Source of the DNA: Myxococcota bacterium
Lineage (GTDB): Bacteria > Myxococcota_A > Polyangia > Nannocystales > Nannocystaceae
NCBI GenBank assembly: GCA_039194325.1
Contig: JBCCWC010000003.1
Coordinates: 1 to 64,000 of the forward strand
Direction: 5' to 3'
DNA length: 64,000 bases
In this document: positions 47,571 through 57,858 of the stretch, in pieces
How the letters are laid out: each line of letters begins with the position of its first letter
Position numbering within the stretch: position 1 is the first letter of the stretch
The notes under the pieces: generated by a model
What the model was told of the DNA's origin: nothing
Database searches by the model: none
What the model saw: the letters and a program-made list of their open reading frames with translations, nothing else
Made by a program: the position numbers and the translations under genes

Positions 47571-50534
47571 ATGCAAGCGCATGACAACGAGTGCACGTTC
47601 CCGATTCCGTTGCAGGCCTCGGATCCGGTGTCCGATCTGCGACGCTTCGAACGGCTGCACGACCGCATGTTCGGCACCCATCGGGCCAAGGTCCGGATCG
47701 GGCGTTACGAGCTCGGCGATCAGCTCGGAAGAGGGGGATCTGGCTTCGTTCATCGAGGGTACGACCCCACCCTTCGGCGAACGATCGCGATCAAGATCAT
47801 TCCGGTCCCTCACCAGATTGCCGCGAAAAAGATCGACATATTGATGGCTGAGGCGCACGCCCTGGCTCGCATCGATCACCCGCACCTGGTGCGAGTCTAC
47901 GATGCGGGCACGTGTACCTTGCTCGACACGACGCACTCGACGCAGCTGCCGGTCGCGGTGGACAACCCCCGGTTGCTGTACATGGTGATGGAGTTGGTCG
48001 AGGGGCCCGTGCTGCGCGACTGGCTGGCAAATGGACGCTCGCCCGCGGAGATCCTCTCGGCATTCCTCGCAATGGGCAACGCACTGGCCGCGGCTCACGC
48101 CTCGGGGATCGTGCACCGGGACTTCAAGCCGGCGAACATCGCCTTCGACAGCGAAGGGCAGCCGAAGATCCTCGACTTTGGGCTCGCCGGCGCGGCGACT
48201 CCTTGTGCAGACTTCCACGAAAACCCGCCGGCCCTGGGAACTCCGGCCTACATGGCCCCCGAGCAGCACGAAGGGCAGGCGGGGGATCCCCTCGTGGATC
48301 AGTTCGCGTTCTGCCTGACCCTGTGGGAGGCGCTGACGGGGGCTCGCCCCTATCCCGGCCCCACGCTCGAGGCGTACCGCACCCAGAAGCTGGCCGCCAA
48401 CCTTGTGATCCCCGGAAAAGAGCGGTCCAAGGCCATCCTCCGGGTGCTGAGCCGAGGGCTGAACCCAGACCCGGCGCAACGGTGGAGTGACATGTCGGCC
48501 CTGGTCGATGCGCTCCGGCGCGCCCAGTGGCGACGACACGCGTTCCGTGTGTTGGCCGGGGGCATGGTGGTGCTGGTGGGCATTGGTGCTGGGTCCGTGG
48601 GCATCGCGGCCAATGCAGCCAAAGACCTCTGTGACGACACCGACCAGCAAGCCGAGGAGATCTGGAATCTCGAGGTTCAGGACCGCCTGGCGACACAGCT
48701 CGCTCGTCGAGTGCCGACCCGGGCGAAGGACACGACCGACGTCATCCAGCGCCGGTTCGAGCGGCTCACCCATTCGTGGGCCCAGGCTCACGCACAAGCT
48801 TGCACGCTGCCGACCCCCGAGCGGGACGAGGTCGTGCAGTGCCTGGAAGGGGCCAAGGTTGCCGCCCAGGGGGTGCGACAGGCGCTCGAGCACAGCCCGG
48901 GAACGGAGTCCATCAGGGTGTTGGATCTTCTGCCGGAGCCCACGGACTGCATCCGCGAGCACGCCAACGAGCCACACTGGCGCGCCGCGTATGGACGTGA
49001 GCTGATGGAGTATCGCTCACGCTTCGCGCTGGGCGACCTGGAGGTGGTGCTGCGTCACGCCGAGTTCGTGCTCGACCTCGACGACTCCCTGCCGCCCGCC
49101 GTCCGGGCGGAGTGGTCTCTCGTTCGTGGCTTGTGCCTCACCGGGCTGCACCGGCTCCCCGAAGCACGCGAGGCGCTCGAAGAAGCCTGGATGATCGGCG
49201 TGCAGGCTCACAACCTCCATGCGGGTGTGCGGGCCCTGCTCGGCCTGTCGTCGTCCATGTTCGCGACGAACCCCGAGCAGGCCCGCACCTACCTGGAGCT
49301 CGCCGACTCTCATCGCGAGTCGCTGGGCCCGCGAGGGCAGATCTCGCTGGATGGTACATGGGCTCAATATCACCTTCGGGTCGACCGAGATCTCGACGCA
49401 GCCCTCGCTCGCTGGAGAGCCGTGGTCGAACAGCTCGTAGAGCTCAACTCCTCTCCCCTGCTCATCACCACAAGCGCGAAGAGCGTCGCCAGTGTGCTCA
49501 TTCAGATGGGCCGCTTCGAGGAAGCCGACAACCTGCTCAATCGCATGCTCGACCACGTCGATCCCGAGATCGACGGCCAGCCCACCGAGGCTTCGCTGAT
49601 GGTCCAGCGGGGCTTCTCCACCTGGCTTCGGGGCGACATCGGCGGCGCCGCGCGGGACTTCGCCTTCGCGACCTCACGGGTCTGGGTGGCGGGGACTCCC
49701 TTCGCGCTCGAGATCTATGCCCGGGTATCCGCCGACCAGGGCCACCCCGAGGACGCCGAGGCGGAGATCGCCGCGTTTCGGGATCAGCTCGAGCTCAGGC
49801 CGAACCAGGCCGACCCCACCACCATTGCCCAGGCGACGGTCGACTTGTACCGCGGCCGATTCTCTGCGGCTGCTGTGCTCCCGGATCCCGCGGAGTACCC
49901 GGGCCTCGACTGGGAGCTCGAGCTCCTTGGGGCGAGCGCAGCCGCCGTCGCGGGTCGGATCGAAGAGGTTCGTCGGGCGATCTCCGTGGTGGACGCCAAG
50001 GCGCACAAGCACACCGAGCACACCGCGAGGCTGCTGTACCTCGACACGGCTGAGCTCGCGACCTTGGTCGGCGACTTCGACCTGTGCATGCGCCTGCTCG
50101 AGTCCGTAGTCGATGGCCCCAGCCCACAGCTCAGAGCACGCGCGTACCTGGTGTCGGCCCGGGCCGCGCTCATCGCCGGGCGAGACGAGCTCGTCGACGA
50201 GTTTCTCCGTCGGGCCCGGCACCAGCTTGCCGAGCTCGAGGGTCCGTGGACGCTCGCGGAGGTCGAGCTCGACCTGCTGAGCGCGGTACGCCGGGCCCGA
50301 CAAGGGGAGCAAGTCGCGGCGCAGATCCTCGCCACCCAGGCGATGAGCCGACGAGGCTCGAGGCACTCGCTGGCCCTGGCCCGCGCCGCGTCCCTGCTCA
50401 TCGCCCCTTCGAACCAAGAGCTGGCACAGCTCGCCCATACGTGGGTGAGGGAGCTCGGCGACGAGCTCGGGGCAGATCCCGAGGTCATCGAGTGGCTGGC
50501 TCGCCCCCGTCCTTCACCCCGCGAACAACCCTAG
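47571..50534 (+). CDS. membrane Ser/Thr protein kinase with extracytoplasmic TPR-like region
   Basis: RIGRY, LGRGGSG, HRDFKPAN, DFGLA, GTPAYMAPE, TM helix, Cys-containing then helical-repeat domain. Confidence 0.94.
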   Translation: MQAHDNECTFPIPLQASDPVSDLRRFERLHDRMFGTHRAKVRIGRYELGDQLGRGGSGFVHRGYDPTLRRTIAIKIIPVPHQIAAKKIDILMAEAHALARIDHPHLVRVYDAGTCTLLDTTHSTQLPVAVDNPRLLYMVMELVEGPVLRDWLANGRSPAEILSAFLAMGNALAAAHASGIVHRDFKPANIAFDSEGQPKILDFGLAGAATPCADFHENPPALGTPAYMAPEQHEGQAGDPLVDQFAFCLTLWEALTGARPYPGPTLEAYRTQKLAANLVIPGKERSKAILRVLSRGLNPDPAQRWSDMSALVDALRRAQWRRHAFRVLAGGMVVLVGIGAGSVGIAANAAKDLCDDTDQQAEEIWNLEVQDRLATQLARRVPTRAKDTTDVIQRRFERLTHSWAQAHAQACTLPTPERDEVVQCLEGAKVAAQGVRQALEHSPGTESIRVLDLLPEPTDCIREHANEPHWRAAYGRELMEYRSRFALGDLEVVLRHAEFVLDLDDSLPPAVRAEWSLVRGLCLTGLHRLPEAREALEEAWMIGVQAHNLHAGVRALLGLSSSMFATNPEQARTYLELADSHRESLGPRGQISLDGTWAQYHLRVDRDLDAALARWRAVVEQLVELNSSPLLITTSAKSVASVLIQMGRFEEADNLLNRMLDHVDPEIDGQPTEASLMVQRGFSTWLRGDIGGAARDFAFATSRVWVAGTPFALEIYARVSADQGHPEDAEAEIAAFRDQLELRPNQADPTTIAQATVDLYRGRFSAAAVLPDPAEYPGLDWELELLGASAAAVAGRIEEVRRAISVVDAKAHKHTEHTARLLYLDTAELATLVGDFDLCMRLLESVVDGPSPQLRARAYLVSARAALIAGRDELVDEFLRRARHQLAELEGPWTLAEVELDLLSAVRRARQGEQVAAQILATQAMSRRGSRHSLALARAASLLIAPSNQELAQLAHTWVRELGDELGADPEVIEWLARPRPSPREQP

Positions 50535-50647
50535 CCTCGTCACTACGAACGAGATCGTCCTATGGGATGGCTACTTTGTTTATCACTGCGACCAAGGATA
50601 CTCACTGTACTGCATCGAGCAGGGTTGAGCGCCAGGAGATCCGACCC

Positions 50648-51877
50648 ATGATCCGACCCATGGTTGAGTCGAGCGAGAACCGGTTCCGCGTGGCGGCTGA
50701 AGATCCAGCGGCCGACGATCCAGCAATCGCCGAGTGGGCCCGGGAGTTGAACGGGCGAATACTCAGCGATCGGTATCAGCTTGGAAGGTTGCTCGGCTAC
50801 GGTGGAACCGGCGGCGTCTTCCGGGGTCGTCACCTGCGCCTCGGTAAGACCGTCGCGATCAAGGTGCTGCACGAAGAGCTGAGCTTCAACCCCGAGGTTC
50901 GCGGCCGATTCGACCGCGAGGCCCACGCTGCCTCGCGGCTGTCACACCCCAACTGCATCGAGATCACCGACGTCGGCAAGGAATGCGACCTCCACTATCT
51001 GGTGATGCCCTTCGTCGAGGGGGTAGAGCTCGAGCAATTGATGGGGGGCAAGCCCATGGAGCCGCAACGAGCGATCGCGCTAGTCACCCAGGTCCTCGCG
51101 GCGCTCGAGCACGCCCACTCCCTCGGCATCATCCACCGCGACGTGAAGCCCGAGAACGTGCTGGTCGTCCACGACTACCGAGGCTGCCCGCAGGTCAAGC
51201 TGCTCGACTTCGGGATCGCCAAGGTCACCCTTCCTGGTGATCCCAAGCGGCTGACCCGGGCCGGGCAGGTCTTTGGCACCCCGCAGTACATGAGCCCCGA
51301 ACAAGCGCGGGGCGCCGAGGTCACGCCAGCCTCCGACATCTACTCTACGGGCTTGATCTTGTACGAGCTGCTCACCGGGTTGCCCGTTTATGATGCCGAG
51401 GACCCCCTGGCGCAGATCCGCTGCCACCTGAGCGCACCGCCACCCCAGCTCACTGGGGTCGTGCCCGATGCATTGGTGCCCGTACTCGCCGGGATGCTCG
51501 CCAAGGATCCCAAGGAGCGCTTCCCCAGCGCCTCGGCGGTTCGAGCCGCCCTTGAGCGCGCGCAGCTCGTCGCGTCGTGGGATCTCCTCAGCGACTCGGG
51601 GACCTTCACACCAGCGACAACGAGCGCATGGATCCGCTCGGAGTCCACCGGCACCAAGACGCTGCCGTCTGGATCATGCGTGGTGTCACAAACCCTGCTG
51701 GCGGCAACACCCGCAACAGTCAGCACAACGAGTGCGGCGCGGAGGCGAAACGCGCCAGAGCACGAGGCGCTGTGGATCCTGGCCATGCTCATGGTCATGC
51801 TCGCACTGTGGACCGTACTCGGAGTCTCGACGTATCTGCTGATGACGAGCGAGATCGCGGTGCTCAGCGGGCCATGA
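50648..51877 (+). CDS. Ser/Thr protein kinase with C-terminal TM anchor
   Basis: LGYGGTGGV, VAIK, HRDVKPEN, DFGIAK, GTPQYMSPE; start region carries a 12-bp duplication (GATCCGACCCAT x2), so start is uncertain. Confidence 0.94.
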   Translation: MIRPMVESSENRFRVAAEDPAADDPAIAEWARELNGRILSDRYQLGRLLGYGGTGGVFRGRHLRLGKTVAIKVLHEELSFNPEVRGRFDREAHAASRLSHPNCIEITDVGKECDLHYLVMPFVEGVELEQLMGGKPMEPQRAIALVTQVLAALEHAHSLGIIHRDVKPENVLVVHDYRGCPQVKLLDFGIAKVTLPGDPKRLTRAGQVFGTPQYMSPEQARGAEVTPASDIYSTGLILYELLTGLPVYDAEDPLAQIRCHLSAPPPQLTGVVPDALVPVLAGMLAKDPKERFPSASAVRAALERAQLVASWDLLSDSGTFTPATTSAWIRSESTGTKTLPSGSCVVSQTLLAATPATVSTTSAARRRNAPEHEALWILAMLMVMLALWTVLGVSTYLLMTSEIAVLSGP

Positions 51878-52052
51878 GACGCTAGGCGGCCGCGCGACGA
51901 AACCCTCGCGTGGTTAGATCATCGGAGTCAATGTCCTGCGGTCATCGAAGCCCGGCGCCGCCAACGAAATCCCCAGCCCCCCGCAGCCCCGAAGGGCTCC
52001 CATCCCATATCTTCGCCCGGCCCCCTCACGCTTCGGGTAGCATCGCCGCACC

Positions 52053-53864
52053 ATGAAGCCGGTGGTGTTCGAACGCGAGGTGGCTTGCCGGTCGAGCCCC
52101 ACGGAGCTCTGGCCGCGATTCGCGGACACCGAGCGGCTCAATCGTCACATCGGCAGCTCCGCGCTCGACGTTACTGCGCGAGATGACGCGGGAGTCGCCC
52201 GGTTCGTGATCACGACGAGGATCGGACCGACCAAGGTCACCTACTTCGAGGAGCCGTACGCCTGGCAATACGCGTCGTACTTCTCATTTAGGCGAAGGAT
52301 GGAAGGCGGACCCATCGCGATGATCTCCGTCCGTTACGATCTCGAGCCACGAGACGACAACACGACGCTCGTGAAGGCCCGGTTCGAAGCGACGCCGCGC
52401 TTTTCCTTCGCCTGGCCGGTCATCTGGTTCTTGACGCGACAGAACATCGAGAACCTGGTGCGTTTCGTACGGGAGACGGACCGCGCCGCCATCGAGAATG
52501 CAGATGTCAGGCTCTCCCGCTCTTCTTGCGATCGCCCAACGCTGCGCCGCGTGCTCGACACGCTCGAGGAGAGCCACGACGAACTACTCGTCGAAGAACT
52601 CGCGACCTTCATCGAGCGCGCACCCGACCTCGAAGTCGCACGCATTCGCCCGTACGAGCTCGCCGATCGCTGGAACAAGCCCCGGCGTGACGTCCTGAAG
52701 CTGTTCTTGGACGCGGTACGCATCGGCGCCTTGTCCCTTGAGTGGGCAATCCTCTGCCCCAGCTGCCACACCGGAAGCCAGACGCTCCCTTCCCTTGCCG
52801 ACCTCAACGCGGACGGACACTGTCACGCCTGCGACTTGCGATTCGGGCTCGATCTGGATCGCGCGGTCGAAGCGGTCTTTCGGCCCCAAGCGCGCATCCG
52901 CCCCGTCGACACCCGACCGTTTTGCGTCGGCGGGCCAATGCTGACCCCGCATGTCGTGGCGCAGACGCCTCTACCCGCCGGTGAAACTGCGGAACTCGTG
53001 GCGCCTGCACAACCGGGCCGGTACCGGATCTTCGCACGAGGGGGCGCCACCACCGTCGTCGACGTCGAGCCGCAAGGGCGCGCCTCCGCGGAGGTCAGAC
53101 TCACGGACGTAGGGCTCGAGCCGCCCCACCTCTCCTTGTCCCCTGGCGCCATGCTCCGCGTCGTGGGCGACGGCGAGCCCCGCCACGTCAAGCTCGAGCG
53201 CCGCGACTGGTCCTTTCCCGCGGCGACCGCCTACCAGGTGAGCCTGCTCCCCGAGTTCCGCGACCACTTCGGCACAGAAGCGCTCCGCCCCAAGCTCGCC
53301 CTCTCGGTCGGACGTGTCGCGATCCTCTTTGGCGATCTGTGTAACTCCACCGCGCTGTACTCACGGGTCGGAGACCCCACCGCCTTCGGCGTCGTAACCG
53401 ACAGCCTCCGCTTCGGCTCGGAGATCGTAGAGCGTCACCGAGGTCTCGTGGTCAAGACGATGGGCGACGCGATCATGGCCGCCTTCGAAGATCCAGGCGA
53501 CGCTATGGAGGCCGCGTCTGCGATGCTCGAGCAGTGGGAGGCGTTCACGAGCGAACAGCCACTCGCAAGCAAGCTCGACCTCAAGCTCGGGATCGCGGCC
53601 GGCACCTGCATGGTGATGTCGGCCAATCGGACGCTCGACTACTTCGGGCAGACCGTGAACACGGCGGCGCGGTGCCAGCACCTCGCCGGAGCCCGCGAAC
53701 TCGTCGTCTCCTCTGAGCTCTGGTCCGACCATGCTCCGAGCAGGTTGAACGAGATCGAGTCCTTCAGCACGTCCGTGAAGGGGATCGACACCCCCCTTGA
53801 TCTGGTGAGGGCGACTCCGATGGCCAGGGTCAGGACAAACAATGGTGACTCGAATGAAGAGTAG
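52053..53864 (+). CDS. class III adenylate/guanylate cyclase with SRPBCC-like and DUF5939-like domains
   Basis: LFGDLCNST, VKTMGDAIMA, LDYFGQTVNTAAR; CPSC...CHAC; N-terminal START-like region. Confidence 0.92.
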   Translation: MKPVVFEREVACRSSPTELWPRFADTERLNRHIGSSALDVTARDDAGVARFVITTRIGPTKVTYFEEPYAWQYASYFSFRRRMEGGPIAMISVRYDLEPRDDNTTLVKARFEATPRFSFAWPVIWFLTRQNIENLVRFVRETDRAAIENADVRLSRSSCDRPTLRRVLDTLEESHDELLVEELATFIERAPDLEVARIRPYELADRWNKPRRDVLKLFLDAVRIGALSLEWAILCPSCHTGSQTLPSLADLNADGHCHACDLRFGLDLDRAVEAVFRPQARIRPVDTRPFCVGGPMLTPHVVAQTPLPAGETAELVAPAQPGRYRIFARGGATTVVDVEPQGRASAEVRLTDVGLEPPHLSLSPGAMLRVVGDGEPRHVKLERRDWSFPAATAYQVSLLPEFRDHFGTEALRPKLALSVGRVAILFGDLCNSTALYSRVGDPTAFGVVTDSLRFGSEIVERHRGLVVKTMGDAIMAAFEDPGDAMEAASAMLEQWEAFTSEQPLASKLDLKLGIAAGTCMVMSANRTLDYFGQTVNTAARCQHLAGARELVVSSELWSDHAPSRLNEIESFSTSVKGIDTPLDLVRATPMARVRTNNGDSNEE

Positions 53865-53875
53865 ATCTGGCATCA

Positions 53876-54520
53876 TCAAAACAACGACAAGTTCCGATCC
53901 TTACCACCCCCCCAGCTACGCCGAGCCTCGGGCGGCAACTCCCCATAGCGCTCCTCATACGCCTCGAGAAACCGCCGCGTCGCCGCGTTGAGATACCCCC
54001 CGCCCCGGATCTCCCCGAACTCCTCCGCATAGCGCTGGGCGATGACCGCGAACGCCCGATCGCGCGCATCCTTGGCCACGATCGACGCCGCAGCCACGGC
54101 CACGTGGGCCGACTCGCCCTTGTCGATCGCCTCGAGCCGCGGATAATGAGCCCGAAGCGGAGAGAACATCCGCGCGCCGTCACAGATCACCCGCGCCTTT
54201 CGGGTGGCCCCCAAGCTCTCCAGCAGCTCGAGCACGACGCGGCGCTCCAGCACGTTGAGCTGACCACGATTGGTGTAGTGGTCGATCTCCTCCACCTCCA
54301 CCAGACGCAGCCGACACGCAGGCACACACTCACGGATCTGCTCGGCGAGCCGCCGTCGCTGCTCGCGACCCTCGGCGCTGCTGCCAAAACGCTTGCTGTC
54401 ATCGACGCCCAGGGGCCCGAGCGCTCGCTCAGCCTCGGCGTCGACCCCCACCACCGCGATGGCCATGGGCCCGAGGATCGGCCCTCGCCCGGCTTCGTCG
54501 GCCCCGAACACGAGCGTCAT
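53876..54520 (-). CDS. rnhB: ribonuclease HII
   Basis: GADEAGRGP, DSK, CDG, VAAASIVAK..RD. Confidence 0.93.
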   Translation of the reverse strand: MTLVFGADEAGRGPILGPMAIAVVGVDAEAERALGPLGVDDSKRFGSSAEGREQRRRLAEQIRECVPACRLRLVEVEEIDHYTNRGQLNVLERRVVLELLESLGATRKARVICDGARMFSPLRAHYPRLEAIDKGESAHVAVAAASIVAKDARDRAFAVIAQRYAEEFGEIRGGGYLNAATRRFLEAYEERYGELPPEARRSWGGGKDRNLSLF

Positions 54521-57500
54521 GTAGGCACGTCCTCGCCATCGCCGTCACCATCACCACCACCCAGCGCATCGATCGCGGTGAGCACGGCGCTACGCAGACG
54601 CAGCGCCTCGGCCCGCGGGGCGCTGCTGGCCTCGCGATCGAGCCGCGCCCGCGCCCGCTCCACCGCTCGGGCCAGCTGACGCGCGCGCCCAGCCCAAGCC
54701 TTGGCCACCGGTCGCAGCGCATCGCGGAAGCCGGCTCGCACCGCCGCCTCACCGCCGGCGATCTTGCCTCCGTGCTCGCGCAGGATCTCGGCCAGCAACC
54801 CGGCGTGCACGAGCCCCTCCACGTGCCCCTGCGCCCAAGGCACGAGCTGCTCGTCGAGGACCCCGGCCGCCGCCGGATCCTCGCGACCCAGCGGGGCAAG
54901 GGCCCGACGTAGCGCGGCCATCGTACCCTCGCGAAACGAAGCGGCGAGATACTCGACGTCTTGCGGATCGAGCGGCCCCTTGGCGAGCCCCTTGCCGGCC
55001 ACCAACACGCCCAGGCTAAGCCCCTCGCGGGCGAGCAGATCGTCCACCCCAAGTAGCTGCTCCTCCAGCGCATCGCCAAAGCGCAACAGCAGAGGATGCG
55101 CGGCTACCCGCTCACCTTGCATGCCCTCGAGCGTGGCATCGGCGCGCTGTTCCAGCGCGGTCACGGCCGCCAGCACTGCCTCGCGGGCAGCCCGCAGCGC
55201 CTCGCCCAGCCGCCGTGCGGTGAGGCTACGCTTGAGCTCACGCGCCCGCTGCAAGAAGTGCCGCTCGAGCGCCGCCTCGACGGCCGCGAAGGGATCTTCG
55301 CCGGCCGCCGACCCGACCGATCCGGCCGACCCAGCCGACCCAGCCGTCCCGGCCGTCCGATACTCCAGCGCATCGCGAGCACACAGCGGCACCACCTCCA
55401 CCAGAACCTCGCCCAACTGGGTACGCAGGTACTCGGCCAGCTCCGTCTTCTCGCCCTCATCGAGCGTGTCGACCTTGTTGAGCACACCTAGCACCTGTCG
55501 CCCGCCCGCCCGCAGGGTCGAGAGCATGCCCGCCTCGGTGGCCGCCCCGCTGCGGGTAGCCGAGAACAGCCACACCACCGCGTCGGCCTCGTCGAGGAAC
55601 TCGCGGGCCACCTGCTCGTGGAAGGCATCGAGCGCATTGAGCCCGGGAGTGTCGACCACCGCCGCGGCGCCCACCCGGCCCCCCGTGCGCTCGATCTCCA
55701 CATGACGAATACGAGCCGCCTCGGCGTCGTCGAGCCCGTGCAGGAACGGCTCGACGTCCTCGGGCGCGAGCGTGGCGATCCGACCGTCGCGATAGTGCAC
55801 CCGCGCCCCTCCGGTGGGACCGCGGCGAAACACGTTGATCGTGCTGGTCGTGGGCAGCACGCCCATCGGAGCCACGGTCTGACCCAGCAGGGCATTGACG
55901 AAGGTGCTCTTGCCCGCCGAGAACTCCCCCATGATGGCGATCGTGAGCGGCCGAGCCAGGCGCTCGCGGGCCGCCACCACCCGGGCCATGGCCGTCTGCA
56001 CGCCGGCCAACGAGACCCCGAGGATCCGGTTGGGCACACCGGCCAGCAGCGTCGTGGCGGCGCTGAGACGATCTTCGAGCCGGCTGCCCGTGTCGCCCTG
56101 GGCCAGCTCGGCCAGCATCCTGCGCGCACGCGGCAGGCCCGGCGCCTCGATCAGGGCCTCGACCAGCAGATCCTGGGCGAGATCATCCTGGCCCTCCAGG
56201 CGACAGCGCTCGGCCGCTGCCAACGCTCGCTGGCTGGCCAGCACCGCGGTGCGCAGATCCGGATCGCGCAGGGGACTCATCGGGTCGGGCCCGGCCGGCC
56301 CACCCAGATCCGGATCGGCCCGAAAGCGCGGGGGCACCCCCGGCTGAAAGTCCTCGTGCGACCGGTCGCCCGACGCGATCCGATGCCGAGCCCGCACGAG
56401 CCGAAGCTCCTCGGGGGCGGTGCCCTCTTCACGGCGGAGCCGATCGAGGATCGGATCACGAACCGGCGGCGGAAACCAGTCTAGCCGCAACGCCACGTGG
56501 GCCAGCTCGGCCAACCAACGATCCCGCACGGCCCTCGGGGCCTCCGCGGCCGCGTCGGACAGCGCCTGTATCACCTCGCGGCGCAGCCCCTCCTTGAGAT
56601 CGAGCTGGCGATCGTCGCCCTGGCGCCGCGTCAGCTCGGCCAGGGCCCAGCGCCGACGATGCTCGGGCTCGGCAGGCGCGGCCTGGAGGTGACGCAAGGC
56701 CACCGTGCTCAGATCGTCGCCGCCATCGCGGCGCAGGCCCACCGTCAAGGCCACCATCAGCCGGGTCTGGTCGAGCGCCGGGTCGTCACCCAACGCCTCT
56801 AGCTCGCTTTGTGCCGCCTCCTCGTCCTTCTTGGCCGCCAGCACGCGCACGCGGAGCTCCCGGGCCAGCGGGTCCTGCTCGTCGTGCTCGCGCGCTTCGT
56901 CGACCCAGTGCTCCGCCTCGGCCATCTGGTCGCAGGCCAGCAACAGCGCCACCCCATGGCGTAGCAGCACGTGACGCAGCGGCGTGCCCAGCTCGGGTAG
57001 CAGCTGAGTGCGGGCCTTTTGCAGCTCGCGCAACGCTCGGTCCTGCTCGCCACGCCGCAGCTGCGCCAGACCGGCCAGCAAGTGGACGAGCAGTCGAGTC
57101 TCGTGAGCGTCCCGCTTGGGCACCTCGCCCAGGTGACGAGCGGCCCGGCGCAGCGCATCGAGGGCCGGCTCGGGGCGCCCCTCGAACAGCTCGTGGGCCC
57201 CCAGCAGCAGCTGGCGTGGAGCCGGACCCAGCGCGTCGTCTTCGAGCGCTGCGATCACATCGGCCAGCGGCCGCAAGGGTCGGCCGCCCGTGATCAGATC
57301 GTGCACGAAGGTCAGCCCCAAGGCATACCGCAGGTGGGGCTGACCAGGATGGGCCTCCACCTGCGTGCGCAGGGTCGCCTGGGCCTGGGCGAGCTTGCCC
57401 TCGAGCCGCTGGGTGCGAGCGTCGTCGAGCGGCTGGCGCAGCTCGTCGGGCACCGACACCGAGCCCGAGACCTCCGCGACCAACTCGCCCACCCGACGCG

Positions 57501-57576
57501 CCCAGCCGCCCAGAGCATCACCAACCGACCGAAGACCCCGCGAGGCTGGGCCGCCCTGATCCTGCTCGTCGCTCAT
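54517..57576 (-). CDS. dynamin-like GTPase with long N-terminal TPR-like region
   Basis: G1 GEFSAGKS, G2 PTT, G3 DTPG, G4 NKVD; ATGA overlap with rnhB. Confidence 0.9.
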   Translation of the reverse strand: MSDEQDQGGPASRGLRSVGDALGGWARRVGELVAEVSGSVSVPDELRQPLDDARTQRLEGKLAQAQATLRTQVEAHPGQPHLRYALGLTFVHDLITGGRPLRPLADVIAALEDDALGPAPRQLLLGAHELFEGRPEPALDALRRAARHLGEVPKRDAHETRLLVHLLAGLAQLRRGEQDRALRELQKARTQLLPELGTPLRHVLLRHGVALLLACDQMAEAEHWVDEAREHDEQDPLARELRVRVLAAKKDEEAAQSELEALGDDPALDQTRLMVALTVGLRRDGGDDLSTVALRHLQAAPAEPEHRRRWALAELTRRQGDDRQLDLKEGLRREVIQALSDAAAEAPRAVRDRWLAELAHVALRLDWFPPPVRDPILDRLRREEGTAPEELRLVRARHRIASGDRSHEDFQPGVPPRFRADPDLGGPAGPDPMSPLRDPDLRTAVLASQRALAAAERCRLEGQDDLAQDLLVEALIEAPGLPRARRMLAELAQGDTGSRLEDRLSAATTLLAGVPNRILGVSLAGVQTAMARVVAARERLARPLTIAIMGEFSAGKSTFVNALLGQTVAPMGVLPTTSTINVFRRGPTGGARVHYRDGRIATLAPEDVEPFLHGLDDAEAARIRHVEIERTGGRVGAAAVVDTPGLNALDAFHEQVAREFLDEADAVVWLFSATRSGAATEAGMLSTLRAGGRQVLGVLNKVDTLDEGEKTELAEYLRTQLGEVLVEVVPLCARDALEYRTAGTAGSAGSAGSVGSAAGEDPFAAVEAALERHFLQRARELKRSLTARRLGEALRAAREAVLAAVTALEQRADATLEGMQGERVAAHPLLLRFGDALEEQLLGVDDLLAREGLSLGVLVAGKGLAKGPLDPQDVEYLAASFREGTMAALRRALAPLGREDPAAAGVLDEQLVPWAQGHVEGLVHAGLLAEILREHGGKIAGGEAAVRAGFRDALRPVAKAWAGRARQLARAVERARARLDREASSAPRAEALRLRSAVLTAIDALGGGDGDGDGEDVPT

Positions 57577-57858
57577 CGCGGGGAGCTTACCAGGGTGGCG
57601 GCAGCTCCGCAGGTCGCGCGGATCCACCGGGCGGCGCACACCGGCGGCGAGGCGCTTCCGATCGAGCGCATCCTCGACGTCGCCGTGTCGATCCCCGGTG
57701 AAGCGGCCGTGCTGGTTTCACCTTGGCAGGAACTTCCCAGTGCAAGATCGAGCGCGGAGGCGAAGCGGCGACTTCAGCACGCGGATCCGAGGCTCCGAGG
57801 AGCGCCTCTTTAAAGCGGAACACTTCTATAGAAAACCGGCACGATCACTCAATATATC

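Noticed and set aside
57640..57813. Kinase-like fragment ALPIERILDVAVSI on the plus strand
   Set aside because: Resemblance covers only about 14 residues with no following HRD motif; too weak to call.
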